Source: Novakomyces olei
Taxonomy: Eukaryota
NCBI GenBank assembly: GCA_016906335.1
Contig: JADEYG010000004.1
Span: 124,001-188,000, forward strand
DNA: 64,000 nt
Reading direction: 5' to 3'
Shown in pieces: positions 47,908-61,539 of this stretch. The stretch's first letter is position 1, and each line of letters opens with the position of its first letter. A program made the position numbers and the translations under genes. Below the pieces are notes generated by a model. The model worked only from the letters and a program-made list of their open reading frames with translations, ran no database searches and was not told the DNA's origin.

Positions 47908-50048
47908 ATGAAGGCATCGCGTAAATCTCCGCCTCACCAGCAGCGGCACAGGCACACGATATCCTCGTCTGCTCCAGTTTTGCAAGTCCCTACTGCTTTC
48001 CAGATCGTTACGCAGACAATTAAAGGTAAGAGCCCTGCCCTGCCGGACAATTATGAGAGTGGAGACGCCTCTGCGTCAGTGGAGATGCGGTCAGACAATG
48101 ACGCCAGTGCTAAAGAGGCTTGCTTTAAGCAGAGCGCTGTGCTTGAAACCAGCGGCCGTGACCTTGGCAGTCGGGTGGAGGAGCCTGTGCCTGCGCTACA
48201 AGGCACACAGGGTTCTCTTGCAAAAACAATGGGCTTTGAGATATCGAAATTAGGAGAGAAGGATGTATTAAAACAAGATGCTGGTGCTGGCAACGACTAC
48301 GCTTGCCTACAAAGCCGCAACCCTGATCCTGGGCCAGAGCAAGAAGGCGCTGGCTCTTTAACCGCTCAAACGCCTATTGAGCTGTTGAGCCTGGAAAACA
48401 GCCGGGCCAGTACTCCTGGCTTTGGCCGACTGCTGTTAGAAGGCAGCACGAGTGGAGATGATAGAGACCAGTATGGGTTCCTGCGCAGATCTGCGTTCGT
48501 ACCGGCAGAAAGGTTGAGTGATTTTCATTATTCTTATGCTCATTACATGAAAACAAGGCAGCAAAAATGGGACGCTTTATTCCGCGAAAGCGGCCTTGAT
48601 CCTATGGCCTCTGCTATTGGCAGGTTCCCTCCGAAAAGCAAAAAGGTCGCCCGGTACATTCGTAAGGGTGTGCCCTCACGGTTTAGAGGGCCTGCCTGGT
48701 TTTATTATTCGGGGGCGTTTGCTTTGTTTTCTAAACAGCGAAATACTTATTCTGCAACACTTGAACAGTGCCGTACTGCCTTGACTGAAAAGGATGCGTG
48801 CGCTATTGATCGCGACCTATACCGCACCTTTCCCGATAACAAGTACTTTATGAAGGCAGCAGTTTCACGATCTTCGTCTCGATCTAGCTCTTCGCGTCCT
48901 GGTGATGCCTCATTCGACAATACGACTTTTCTGGAAGGCCATGAGAATGAAAACGAGGCGATCACCCGCTTGAGACGTGTCCTGGCCGCGTTTGCTGTGT
49001 ATAATCCCCATATTGGCTATTGCCAAAGTCTCAATTTCTTGGCCGGCATGTTTTTGCTTTTTCTAGACGAAGAGAGGGTGAGTAGAGTATTTTTATTTTT
49101 ATTTTATTATTATCAGCGTTTTATTTTGCGGCTTCGAGATAACTTTTAAACACTGGATACGTAAAGTTGAAGATTAAGAAATGATTATATTTATTATATG
49201 TTTGTAATTCCATCTTTGTATTTTATTTTATTTTTTAGCTTATTGAATTTACTTTATTAGTTTAATTAATTTAATTCTAGTTTTTAATTATTTTTGTTCT
49301 TTTCATCTTTGCTCTTTTGCTATTTTTCTTATATTCTTTCAGTGCATTTGGCTAACTCGGTCAGACTTTTTGGCTATTGCACGTACTTTGTCACAACTAC
49401 ATGCCTGGAGCACACGACTTGAACTTGGAAGGTTCAAATATTGACCAAGCAGTATTTATGCTGCTTGTACGCGGTCTTTTGCCCCAAATCTGGAAAAAGC
49501 TGTCACAGCAGAGCGTGACGGAGCTCCCTTGTGAAGACGATATAGTCAACCATCTACCACCGATAACGCTTGTGACTGCAGGCTGGTTTATGAGTGCATT
49601 TTGTGGTAGTTTACCAGTGGAAACGGTACTTCGTGTTTGGGATTGCATGTTTTATGAGGGCTCTGTAGTTCTTTTCAGGTGTGCTTTAGCAATATTAAAG
49701 CTTGGCGAGGAAGAAATCCAGGGCATCAATGAATCGGTGGAAATATTCCAGGTTGTCCAGAATATCCCACGTGTTTTAATTGATCCAAGGCCTCTGGTCG
49801 ATTGTATTTTCCGACGGCAAAGCGGATTTGCCAGCCTCTCTCAAGCAGAAATAAATATCAGAAGGGCTCAAGTCAGGGCTGATCGGCAGGCTAGCCAGGC
49901 GGCTCGAGGAGGAGGAGAAGCTGCTTCCACTGCTGCTGCTGCTTATTCATCTAGTCGCTCGGATTGGCCTCGCTTGCAAAAGGCAGAAGGGGCACGAGGA
50001 ATCGGCCGTAGTCGGGCTCAAAGCCAGTCTGTTACAGGGCGGTTTTAA
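47908..50048 (+). CDS. MSB3: TBC-domain Rab GAP Msb3/Gyp3-like (2 exons)
   Basis: DQYGF, RFPPKSKKV.RYIRKGVP..RG.AWF, IDRDLYRTFPDN and IGYCQSLNFLAG. Intron 49078-49364 joins to TFWLL..LRVWDC.FYEG. Confidence 0.9.
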
Positions 50049-50664
50049 AAAAAATCGCTGAAACGCGATAAAGTCGGAAGATTTTTGCCTTGATGTTTGG
50101 AATAAAAGTCTTATCTTTAGTTGTTGTCTTTAGTTTTGTTCTTATTACTTCTGATTTTTTAATTTGCCCGGTTACGTTTTTCATTTCTTTTATGTTTGTG
50201 GCGTTTTCTCTTATGAGGGAGTCTTCTGAGAAGTTGGCTAGCAAAAGTTCCTTAAAATATATATAAAATGGAACGCTTATGATCCATTTAGGATGGGATG
50301 TATATAGACTATCTATTCTGAATTCTATCTATTCTGTATTCTATACATTATTCCAGACTTTTAGACGATTTGTTTAGTAGGCCGTATTGAGAACAAAGCA
50401 AAGAAGACAATTTACAGTATTCGTAAGTGGACTACTGAGGACATCGTACCGGAAAATTAACGCAAATTTTGACTGCAACTGCAGCTATGCAATAATATAA
50501 AGTAACCTCATTTCTGTACTAAACCAAAAACCCATAATTTTGCCTATCTAGAGCATTAAATATTAGAAAACTAGAGGCTAAAACAACAATTAGAATTAAA
50601 AAACAAAATTGAAACAAAATGTAAAGCAATACTAATGACAAAAACCCACAACCTTATAAACATA

Positions 50665-52029
50665 TTATTCATCGTACTGGAAAAGTGATGCCGGCGCAAC
50701 GTATGTAAATCCGGAGAACGAGTCACTCGTTAGAGGCTGTTTTGGTATTGATACCTCAGAAAGTGAAACCTGTGGAGAAATTATCGGCATCGATGTAAAT
50801 GCCACCGCAAAATTCTCTGCTAATTCAGGCTGAGTTATTACGGGAACCATGGGCGGGACAACTCGCTGGCACTCGAGCTCTTTCCAATCGAGTTTTCGGA
50901 AGAATCTATGTGATCTGATAGCTTGGAAATTAAATTTATCGTCCCAGCCTAATCGTGAATGAGGAGCGCGTTTCAAGAACCGGCGCACCAAGTCTTTTGC
51001 CTCAGCAGACAGGAAAAACGGCATATTTATTTTGTTTTTCAAGATCTTTTCCATGATTTTGCCCCTATTGCTGCCGGTAAAAGGCGGACTCCCCGTTAAC
51101 AAATCAAACACCATAATCCCAAGAGCCCACCAGTCAACAGAGTAGTCATAGGGCTCTTCGAGCAGAACCTCTGGAGCCATATACTCTATTGTGCCCACCA
51201 TACTGCGACAGGAAGTATCGTCATCTTCCGGATGACTTACTTTGCTCAGCCCAAAATCCGTCAGCAATATGTGCCCGGTAGCACTGAGCAGGCAATTTTC
51301 CGGCTTTAAATCGCGGTATACGATATCCAGAGAGTGAAGGTGATGCAAAGCCAAAGCCAGTTCAGCAGTGTAAAAAGCAACAGAAGCTTCCGGCAGCATT
51401 TTCTCTACTGCCAAATGTTGAAACAGCTCACCTCCCTGTGCGTATTCCAACAGCAGGTAAAGTCGATGATGATCCTGGAAGGCATAGTACAATTTACAGA
51501 TAAAAGGGTGTCTAACGTCCTGTAAAATTTGCCTTTCTGCCTTGGTGTACTCCCGTACCTTATAACGTACACGCATACTCGCCTTTTTCAGCTGCTTTTG
51601 TGCAAAGAGTCGGCCTGTAGCAATTTGGCGGACCAAAAGTACTTTCCCATAAGCTCCTTTACCCAAAACTCGCAAAGGCTCAAAGTCGTTTGGGGTAATT
51701 TTGCGCATGGGAACAAAATCGCCAGCTTCAGTGGCGGCATAATCTTCAATAGGGATCTCACTTTCGCCCAAGGCCGAGGCAGTAGGGTTTTGATCGGCTG
51801 AACTGCAATCTTCTTCACATATACGCTCCATCGTCCCAGTGCCAGTGCCATTGGCAGATCCACTCTCTAGTCTAACTGCATCTTCAAACTGTTTCCGTAA
51901 GCTGGCCACGTCTTCTTGAGCAGGCGAAGATCCTGCCAAATGAGCAGGCACCCAATGCTCATCTCCACTATCGATTGACGAGGCTACCGAGGGTCGACGT
52001 GCTCTGGTGTCTAAATCAAGGTGAAACAT
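50665..52029 (-). CDS. PSK1: AGC kinase Psk1/Ypk3 (S6K-like)
   Basis: [71 protein letters not shown]. Confidence 0.9.
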   Translation of the reverse strand: MFHLDLDTRARRPSVASSIDSGDEHWVPAHLAGSSPAQEDVASLRKQFEDAVRLESGSANGTGTGTMERICEEDCSSADQNPTASALGESEIPIEDYAATEAGDFVPMRKITPNDFEPLRVLGKGAYGKVLLVRQIATGRLFAQKQLKKASMRVRYKVREYTKAERQILQDVRHPFICKLYYAFQDHHRLYLLLEYAQGGELFQHLAVEKMLPEASVAFYTAELALALHHLHSLDIVYRDLKPENCLLSATGHILLTDFGLSKVSHPEDDDTSCRSMVGTIEYMAPEVLLEEPYDYSVDWWALGIMVFDLLTGSPPFTGSNRGKIMEKILKNKINMPFFLSAEAKDLVRRFLKRAPHSRLGWDDKFNFQAIRSHRFFRKLDWKELECQRVVPPMVPVITQPELAENFAVAFTSMPIISPQVSLSEVSIPKQPLTSDSFSGFTYVAPASLFQYDE

Positions 52030-52861
52030 TTGATCAGGTTGTCCGGCACAAGGGTTGTTTTCCTCACGTCGCGCAAGACAATTTTATTGCCGAACTGTGC
52101 CGAAAGTTTCGGTCAAACATAAGTGTAGAAAGGTGAGTAGTGTTGGCTTTTTACAAATTTACTGCATTTGACGCGTTCACGCTCCTCATGGGCAACAATC
52201 ACGGTACACGGCAGTCATACATTATACATTTTATTATATGAATAATTCAATTTATTGAATAATTAAAATTAATTAAATAATTAATATAGACATATCACGC
52301 TTGTTTATCGCTCGCTCTAGGCGAAATATTTATTTTTCCAGCAATTTAGTTGTCAAATATTGTAAAAATGACTGAGATACTTTGTGGATTATACGTCAAT
52401 TTTCCGCGCTAGACACAAGGATCTTTTGTATCGAGCGAGCGCTTTTTGCCCGGAACCAATGAGATGTTGCACTCGATCGTTCTGTAGTGTGTTTGTCTTT
52501 AATTGATCAGTGTAGCGCGTACAAGTGTTGAATGGAGCATGGCGCGGCAAGTAATGGCCAGGGCTCTTGGGAACGAAATCTCGAGACTATAATGATAAAG
52601 GAGATTTTTTATATCATGGTGATGTTTCATATTCACTTCAATGTTTGTAGCATCACAATTTTACATGTAAATAAAAATGTGCTGTACTTCAAGGACGAGA
52701 TGACCCGCTTGTGTTTGTGCAGCTATCCAAGCTAAAAGCAAATTGTATGGCGTGCCAACTGTAAGCTGTCCCGCTTAATCTGCGAGCCAGTCAGGCGCGG
52801 AAGCATTTGGTTGCAAACGCAGGCTTTGCGTTTGGGAACGGGATTTTGAGTGACATTTTTG

Positions 52862-52972
52862 ATTTAATTTAATTTAATTTAATTTAATTTATTTTATTTT
52901 ATTTTATTTTATTTTATTTTATTTTATTTTATTTTATTTTATTTTATTTTATTTTAATTCAATTTAATTTAA
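52862..52972. repeat. (ATTTA)n/(ATTTT)n pentanucleotide repeat
   Basis: Directly visible upstream of the orphan secreted-protein genes. Confidence 0.92.
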
Positions 52973-53423
52973 TTGGTTTGTCTAATGTTTCTGGTTGTCT
53001 AAGCATTGGTTTAATTCATTGATGCTTGGCCCTAAGCGACTGCCAGCTAGACAAAAACTGTCTTTTGGATACTCAGCATCACATTATCACCGTCTTTTAA
53101 TTAAATTTGGCAGCAACAGCACATGAATCTCAGAATGTCTTTTACGCGGTTGCTGGGAGCACGCACTTGCAACAAGGTAGTCACGCTACCACGGCAAGGA
53201 GGTAAGATTTTCTCAAATTTGTCTTGCCAGCTTTCAAGTGTCTTGCCAGCTTTCAAGACATTGATATTAGCAAGATGAATATAAAGCCATATCAATTCGC
53301 GCTTCAAGTCTGTACTCAGCAGCCTGCATCGGTCAGAACTATTATATTACAGCTTGATCACAAGAAAGGCAAGTCTCTTTGAAGCAGCTACCCAGGAGAG
53401 AAAAGAAAAAAACACACATAAAT

Positions 53424-53999
53424 ATGCATTTTAAACAATTTTTCGGCTTCGCTGTACTACAGATGCTCCATCATATCGATGCTCTGGCGGTGAAGAGTGG
53501 ATTCGAGGACCTTGATGCTATTTTGCCTATCAAAGATGCTGAACCAAACCAAGCTTATTTGCCAAAACTTTCGAAACGATCCACGATAGACAACCTCGCA
53601 AATGTCGAACTATTAATGAAAGATGCACCCTTTCTTTCTACAACAAAGGAAAAACGTGACGAATACCACATGTCATTCAAGATTTATGAGTGGTTCTATG
53701 ATAGGTCAATAAGGTCCTGTAGTATTGATAGCTATAAAGCGACTCGTACTGACAATTGCGTGAGTCTTGCCTCGTACTCTAGCTGCTTGTTGCACTCGAT
53801 GTTTCACAGGATTCCTTTCACTTATAGAGGAGATTTGAACTCGACCGATCATGAATCTCAAGAAGGAAGTCTACCTGTCTTTGATGATTTTACAGATATC
53901 ATTGTGGCACTAAAAGGACGTGTGACGCCAGCAGTTAGCTATGAGTGCTGTCTATATGTTTTAACGCCTGAAAAGTCAATACTCGGCAAACAAATTTAA
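53424..53999 (+). CDS. Orphan secreted preproprotein, 191 aa: signal peptide, two KR sites, Cys-containing mature domain
   Basis: First ATG at 53424. MHFKQFFGFAVLQMLHHIDA is signal-like; LSKR ends at aa 52 and KEKR at aa 78; the 113-aa C-terminal domain has 5 Cys. Confidence 0.7.
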   Translation: MHFKQFFGFAVLQMLHHIDALAVKSGFEDLDAILPIKDAEPNQAYLPKLSKRSTIDNLANVELLMKDAPFLSTTKEKRDEYHMSFKIYEWFYDRSIRSCSIDSYKATRTDNCVSLASYSSCLLHSMFHRIPFTYRGDLNSTDHESQEGSLPVFDDFTDIIVALKGRVTPAVSYECCLYVLTPEKSILGKQI

Positions 54000-54134
54000 C
54001 CTTGATTTTAGGTCGAATAGACTGAGGGAACAGGGCATATAAATAGAAATGTTTTGAAATGAAGGAAGAAAAGTCAATGCAAGATGAAATACACCTAAAG
54101 CCATTTTTTGATTTTGATGCTTTACCATATTGCC

Positions 54135-54368
54135 ATGGCCCCTTTTACTTCCTGCATTATTTTATTCGTTCTAGTCACAAAATGGTCTGAAGGCGTAAAT
54201 GCTGTGTTGAAAAAGGACGTTTTTCTGGAGACGAAAACATACGTGAATAATTTAGGTTCAAAAAGATTGGAGTGGCTTGAATTAGCGCGACAAGTCCGAA
54301 AGTTCTGTGATCTATACATGGAAAGCATTTCAAAAACAAGCATACAAATAATTACGATAGAAGCCTAA
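54135..54368 (+). CDS. Small orphan signal-peptide + KR protein (77 aa), possibly truncated or a pseudogene
   Basis: Hydrophobic N-terminus MAPFTSCIILFVLVTKWSEG and an internal GSKR; TATAAAT-like element at about 54038. Confidence 0.4.
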   Translation: MAPFTSCIILFVLVTKWSEGVNAVLKKDVFLETKTYVNNLGSKRLEWLELARQVRKFCDLYMESISKTSIQIITIEA

Positions 54369-55107
54369 AGTATAATACAAAATGTGGAACACTCGACTAA
54401 TCATTGTCATGAGCCTTGAAACGTACACATGCTGGGCATGCCATCTTTAGGTAGCTTAATACTCATGGACCGTTGGCGTTTTCGGCTTAAGTTAAATTAT
54501 CTTAGATGTGTAACAAGGAAATAAAGATAACTAACTAGTCTGGTCCAGATAACCCGGCTTTATTTTATTATCGAAACTACGGCTGATGTGCCAATAGATA
54601 TGCATTATGCAAGTTGAGTCACAGACCGTTGTCTCCTTGGCTTAGAGTTCTTGGACTCTGCTTTCCACTGCTGCCGGGGTACACTTGGGCTTGATTTCAA
54701 AGCTTGATATTCATGGCTCGTTGTCAGAAACAGTCAAACCAAGGCTGATTTGATATACACACAACCAGCCAAATTCTTTTTTTTGCTCGCCTAGCGCCAG
54801 TCGGTCTAGTAACACGCAGAATCAAGATTTTGCTTGCTAGTTTGTATGCATTTACACATCACAAATCTTTGACAACGCGCGTCAATGCAAGGCAAATCAA
54901 TTGGCTGATCTATCAGACCTCATGATTTAGTCAAACAACAATATATTAAATAATCGTGTATTATCGATAATACGTGGACAAAGAATAAAAATGCGGGGTT
55001 GGCACAAAATATTTATAATTAATATTCATAATCTATATTTAATCATTCAATATTCAATTTGGCCATCGATACTGTGCCAAAATAAATCGTGAACCCACAA
55101 AGCCGAC

Positions 55108-56040
55108 ATGGTTACGGGCGCGTTTGCTCGTAGTACTAATGCTCTTCTGTAGAGGAGTGTGTATGCGACCAAAATTTGGAAAAATAGAGTTCACATATTA
55201 TTGGTGAGCAAAGAGAGACGCATTTTCTTATTGGTGCCTGTACCAAGTCTTGTTTCAGCGCTGCAAGGGCAGAAAGACTGACTGGAAAGACTGACTGGAA
55301 AGACTGACAAAAAGATCCAAACAAGCAAAGCAAATAAAATAAATTTAAGAATGCTATCGTTCTTGATGACGCGTTTTGCCTTGCCTTGTTTTCGCGTCTT
55401 ATTTAATATTGTATTATTCTGAAATAAAAACGCTTTATCTTGGCTAAATGGTTGCTTTTACCGATTGCTGCTTTGCAACTGCATGCCAGTATAAATGACT
55501 CGCACTAGCTTGATATTTTTGCCTTGGCTTGTCTGATGTATAGTGTACTGAACCTATTACCCTTCTTTTGTACTTGGCTGGACACTAAATGTACGACAAA
55601 TCCAACGCCGTTAACCAAAGTTACTGCAGTATAAAACGCAGTATGTAACAATTGATTGAGATGATTTTTTAGGAGAATCATAAGCAGGTACGTGAATCAT
55701 CCACAGAGGTTTGGTCTGTTTCGCGCTGCGCCACGTGTATTTCAATGTACTGGATTGTAGATCACACAGCACGGAAAGTTTGGTTCACATACGCTTTGCG
55801 CCCTTCAAGACCTTGCAAACAGACAGAAAGGGTTTCATGTCAGACAGTATATAAAATCAATTTGAGCGCAGTTCGAACGAGAGCAAAGTTCCGTTCGCGA
55901 GTCGGCTTGGTAAGTGCTGCATTAAAGTGATGAAAGCCGAAGCAAATCGCCGACAAGTTGTGAGCAGGAGAATAGTGAGAGGCACAGCCATTGGCGTCCT
56001 TGGCTACGAATGCCAGTAAGCTATTTGACTTGGCTAGGAA
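55108..56040 (+). other. Candidate multi-intron (micro-exon) transcript, coding status unknown
   Basis: Consensus donors GTGAGC (55204), GTATGT (55641), GTACGT (55688) and GTAAGT (55910) alternate with YAG acceptors (55152, 55629, 55672, 55760). Confidence 0.3.
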
Positions 56041-56508
56041 CATATGTATTACATCGCTTCGCCCTTACCTGATGGCTTACTATATTTCGAGCGTATACAA
56101 ACGGCATCATGTACAATATATAGACGTCTATGGCTAGGACGAGCAAAAGTGGTCAGTAAATAAATTGTAAGATCTGCAATTAGTCCCCGTGTCCAGTAGC
56201 ACACGGTATAATTCACTTGATTGCAGAGCTAAACTTTGGTACTATCCCAGTGCACAGAGCACACAAACAAACCCCCCTTTATTTTAGTAATTGCGACACT
56301 TGATATTGAGTAGACATCTGCTACTGATAAGGCAAAACGGTTAAACTTGATCAGTAAAGCAACGTGGGGCAATTATAGGATGCAAGCCATAGTACAGATA
56401 CTTGGGTGGCCGGTAATGGGTTGGATGATTGTCAGCCGGCTGCTAAAGTGGATTGTGCTGGGCTTCTTGTATAAAATGGCACTGGAGTCTACCTATTCTT
56501 GTTTGCGT

Positions 56509-57154
56509 TCACCGTGAAAGTGATTCCAAGTACAAAAGTCCACGCGACACAAGAGGCTGGTCGCGGAAGAATTCTTCCTGGTCTTCCTTGTACGCAGAAC
56601 GAAGCGCGTCAAGGGGTAAGTCGGCCAAAATCGTTCCCGCTAATCGCGAATAGTGTTCACGAGAAGAGGTGCTGGCACTATCATTCAAGGGAGACATCTG
56701 CAATTAGCATTAAATGGCAGGCAAAGGCTTCTACCTCAACAACGATTGCCCGTGGCAGAGATGACTGTGTAAGCGTTGCGACCCTGATACATGTGCCATC
56801 AAGATCATAAGCAATGCCTTCCAAGTTCATTTCACGCCGAGGACTCCAGGCCTTGCTGGTCTTCACAATTGCAAGGAACTCGGGGCTTGTAGCGATTGGT
56901 AGACCGTCTACACGGCAAACTAAGGAATCACGGCCAAACTGGACCGCGTGCAGGGCTTCAGGCGACTCAGGCCGACGGTATGATACGTACGAGTACACGA
57001 ATCGTTCTGGCGAAAATGTAAGCCTTTAAACGTGAAATACAATACGCTTCTTACCCCGCTGCTTTGCGAAAAAAAGTGAAGAGAGTCGGTCTTGCACGGC
57101 ACCCGTGCGTGTAGTATTTACGTCACCGGGGAGAATGTAGAGAGCTGTTCCCAT
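56509..57154 (-). CDS. MED20: Mediator head subunit Med20/Srb2-like (3 exons)
   Basis: Spliced MGTALYILP..VQDRLSSLFFAKQR-ERFVYSYVSYR..KTSKAWSPRREMNLEGIAYDL..IRVATL..RAIVVE-MSP; WxxR..EGxxY is the Med20 pattern. Confidence 0.72.
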
Positions 57155-57723
57155 TGCCTCCAGGCTCAGGGCCACAATGCCATTGCGTACGATACGGTGA
57201 CTGTAATACAATTATCGCTCATAATAGTGGAATTAATCTTTATTACTGTATATTGTATTGTATTGATATTTGAATTGATATTGTATTGATATTGTATTGA
57301 TATTGTATTGATACTGTATTGATTGTATTGCGTTAAAACTTTGAACTTGCAAGTTCAAACGATTGATATTAGCCATCTGACTGTGTAATAAAGAATGGTA
57401 AAGGTCCCTGTGGATCAGAGGCGCGAGTTAGAGGGACATATATATATACAATTTGCAATAAATAAATATGGTAATGACAGAATAATAGAATTTGTAGAGT
57501 TCAATAAGTAGACAGAATCATTTCAAATAATAAAAAGATCTTTCAATGTAGAGTATTATATAAGAGTCCATTTCTCAAAATATTGATAACATATTGGTAA
57601 TATATTGATAATATAATAATATAGTTATATCATAATTCGAGGGCGCTCGCATACGACTAGACTGACTATCAAATCCAAACCCAATCACAGAAGCCGCGTC
57701 GAAACATATCAAACGCTCCGAAG

Positions 57724-59792
<2,069 letters not shown>

Positions 59793-60418
59793 AGCAAGCG
59801 CCATTTATTTGATTCCGTTTGATTTTGAAGAAATAAGATGGAATTTGCCGCGACTCGTCTATTCTTTCTGCACCATGCTGTATGCTCCAACTGTACATGT
59901 TGCTCTGGGTATTGGCATTTTTGACCTGCAACTGATTAGCAACAACTGGCAGAAAGTGGCAGTAAGAAGCAGACTGAAGGTCGCTGAACCAATTTTTGAG
60001 AAAGCTTGAAAATGTATTATTTTCGAGGACCGAAACTTTGCACAGTAATTTTTTTAGCAGCAGCTTTTGGACGCTTTGCTATAAACCTCCAAAATCAATG
60101 GTGGCAAATATTTTTGGAATTATTGGCCGGACTGGTGGGGAAAATTAAAGCAGCTTTGGTTGCAAATTTAGTGTTGTATAGTAATATGGAACCAATTCTC
60201 AAATTATTTGTCCCACTTGTTGTAGAGTAATCCTCGGCTTGGTTTTACTGGGTTTTACTTCAGGCTTGCTGGCAAATTTATCTGAATAATTCATATTTTA
60301 AGCATGTATACAAGGGACATGGCGGGTGCAAAACACGCCTTTCCTATCTAATCGTATCAACCCCAACATTGAGCCGCTCGCGCCGAGCGGCAAAAGCTAT
60401 TGAAGGAGAAAAGCAAAT

Positions 60419-60987
60419 TTAAAAAGGATTGTCCTCAGGGGGAATCGCGGTATCGAAATACTCGTCTAAGACAATTAGACATGTACACATAGACAGGAGG
60501 ACACTTACGCAGTCCCGGAATTTTGGACAGAATGTCGTTCTTTACACGCGGTACGCCTTCGAGCAAGAGAACGGCTAAAGTTAGAATCTGTAGGGGCAAT
60601 ACGCAAAACAAGAACCCCACCGAAAAACGAGGTCAAATTGAACGGGAAAATGGGTTAATGGCATACCTGCAACACCGGCAGAGGCGCCCCAGCGAGCAGC
60701 AGTAGGAAGCCTGTAAGAGTCAGATACAGCACTAAAGGACGCAGCGAAAAGCAATCAGAACCCCTACCAGCGAGCCACTTTTTCCGGAGTGATAGTCAAA
60801 AAGTGCCGTTGCACACTAAACTGCTGATAGACCTGTTCCGGACGTTAGCGATCATCAAGTTTGTACAGAGCAATTGGCGCTTGCAAAAGCAGCCGGCGCA
60901 GCCGGAACAGCCGTGCAGACTAAAAAAACAAATTTGCTCTGCTTTTAAAACAAATTATTCACGTACGGGAGAGTACTTGAGAGCCAT
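60419..60987 (-). CDS. QCR10: Cytochrome bc1 complex subunit 10 (5 small exons)
   Basis: Spliced MALKYSP-VYQQFSVQRHFLTITPEKVARW-LPTAARWGASAGVA-AVLLLEGVPRVKNDILSKIPGLH-EYFDTAIPPEDNPF*, with the PR..DIL.KIP and PEDNPF motifs of fungal Qcr10. Confidence 0.9.
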
Positions 60988-61231
60988 AGCAAACTGTTGA
61001 TCTGTCTGTGCTTTGTCAAAAATCGGACGGACGCTCAGTGGTGAAAAGTAGTGATCCTATGATTGGCCAATATTTGTATTGTAAAGGCTCAAAGAACTAT
61101 GTAATATAGTGGCCGTAGTTTGAAAATTCCTTTATATTTGGGCCATACAATAAACGCCTATAATAGAACAGTATTTTTGCTTGTGCGGATTAGCTTTGCG
61201 TAGGAGCCAATTACTGGAAATAAGTAGAGAG

Positions 61232-61332
61232 TGTAATACTGTAATACTGTAATACTGTAATACTGTAATACTGTAATACTGTAATACTGTAATACTGTAA
61301 TACTGTAATACTGTAATACTGTAATACTGTAA
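61232..61332. repeat. 8-bp tandem repeat (TGTAATAC) x about 12
   Basis: Perfect array in the QCR10/FOX2 divergent intergenic region. Confidence 0.95.
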
Positions 61333-61539
61333 GTTTATAGCCAATATAATGTGTATTGTAGTGCATCGGTTATACTATGGACATAAACGCTATTGTTCCT
61401 TACATACTTCATATTATATTATATAGTATGTAGACCCTTCTCGTCCGAAGCAATCACATGTAATGCGGGGAACCGCGGTAGGAACGAGAATAACGAGTAT
61501 AAAATAAGCCGAAACGCCATCTGCAAAAAAGAGACAAAT

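Noticed and set aside
27404-52029. Two TORC1-effector AGC kinases (Sch9, Psk1) as a functional cluster
   Set aside because: They are more than 20 kb apart with eight unrelated genes between; likely chance.
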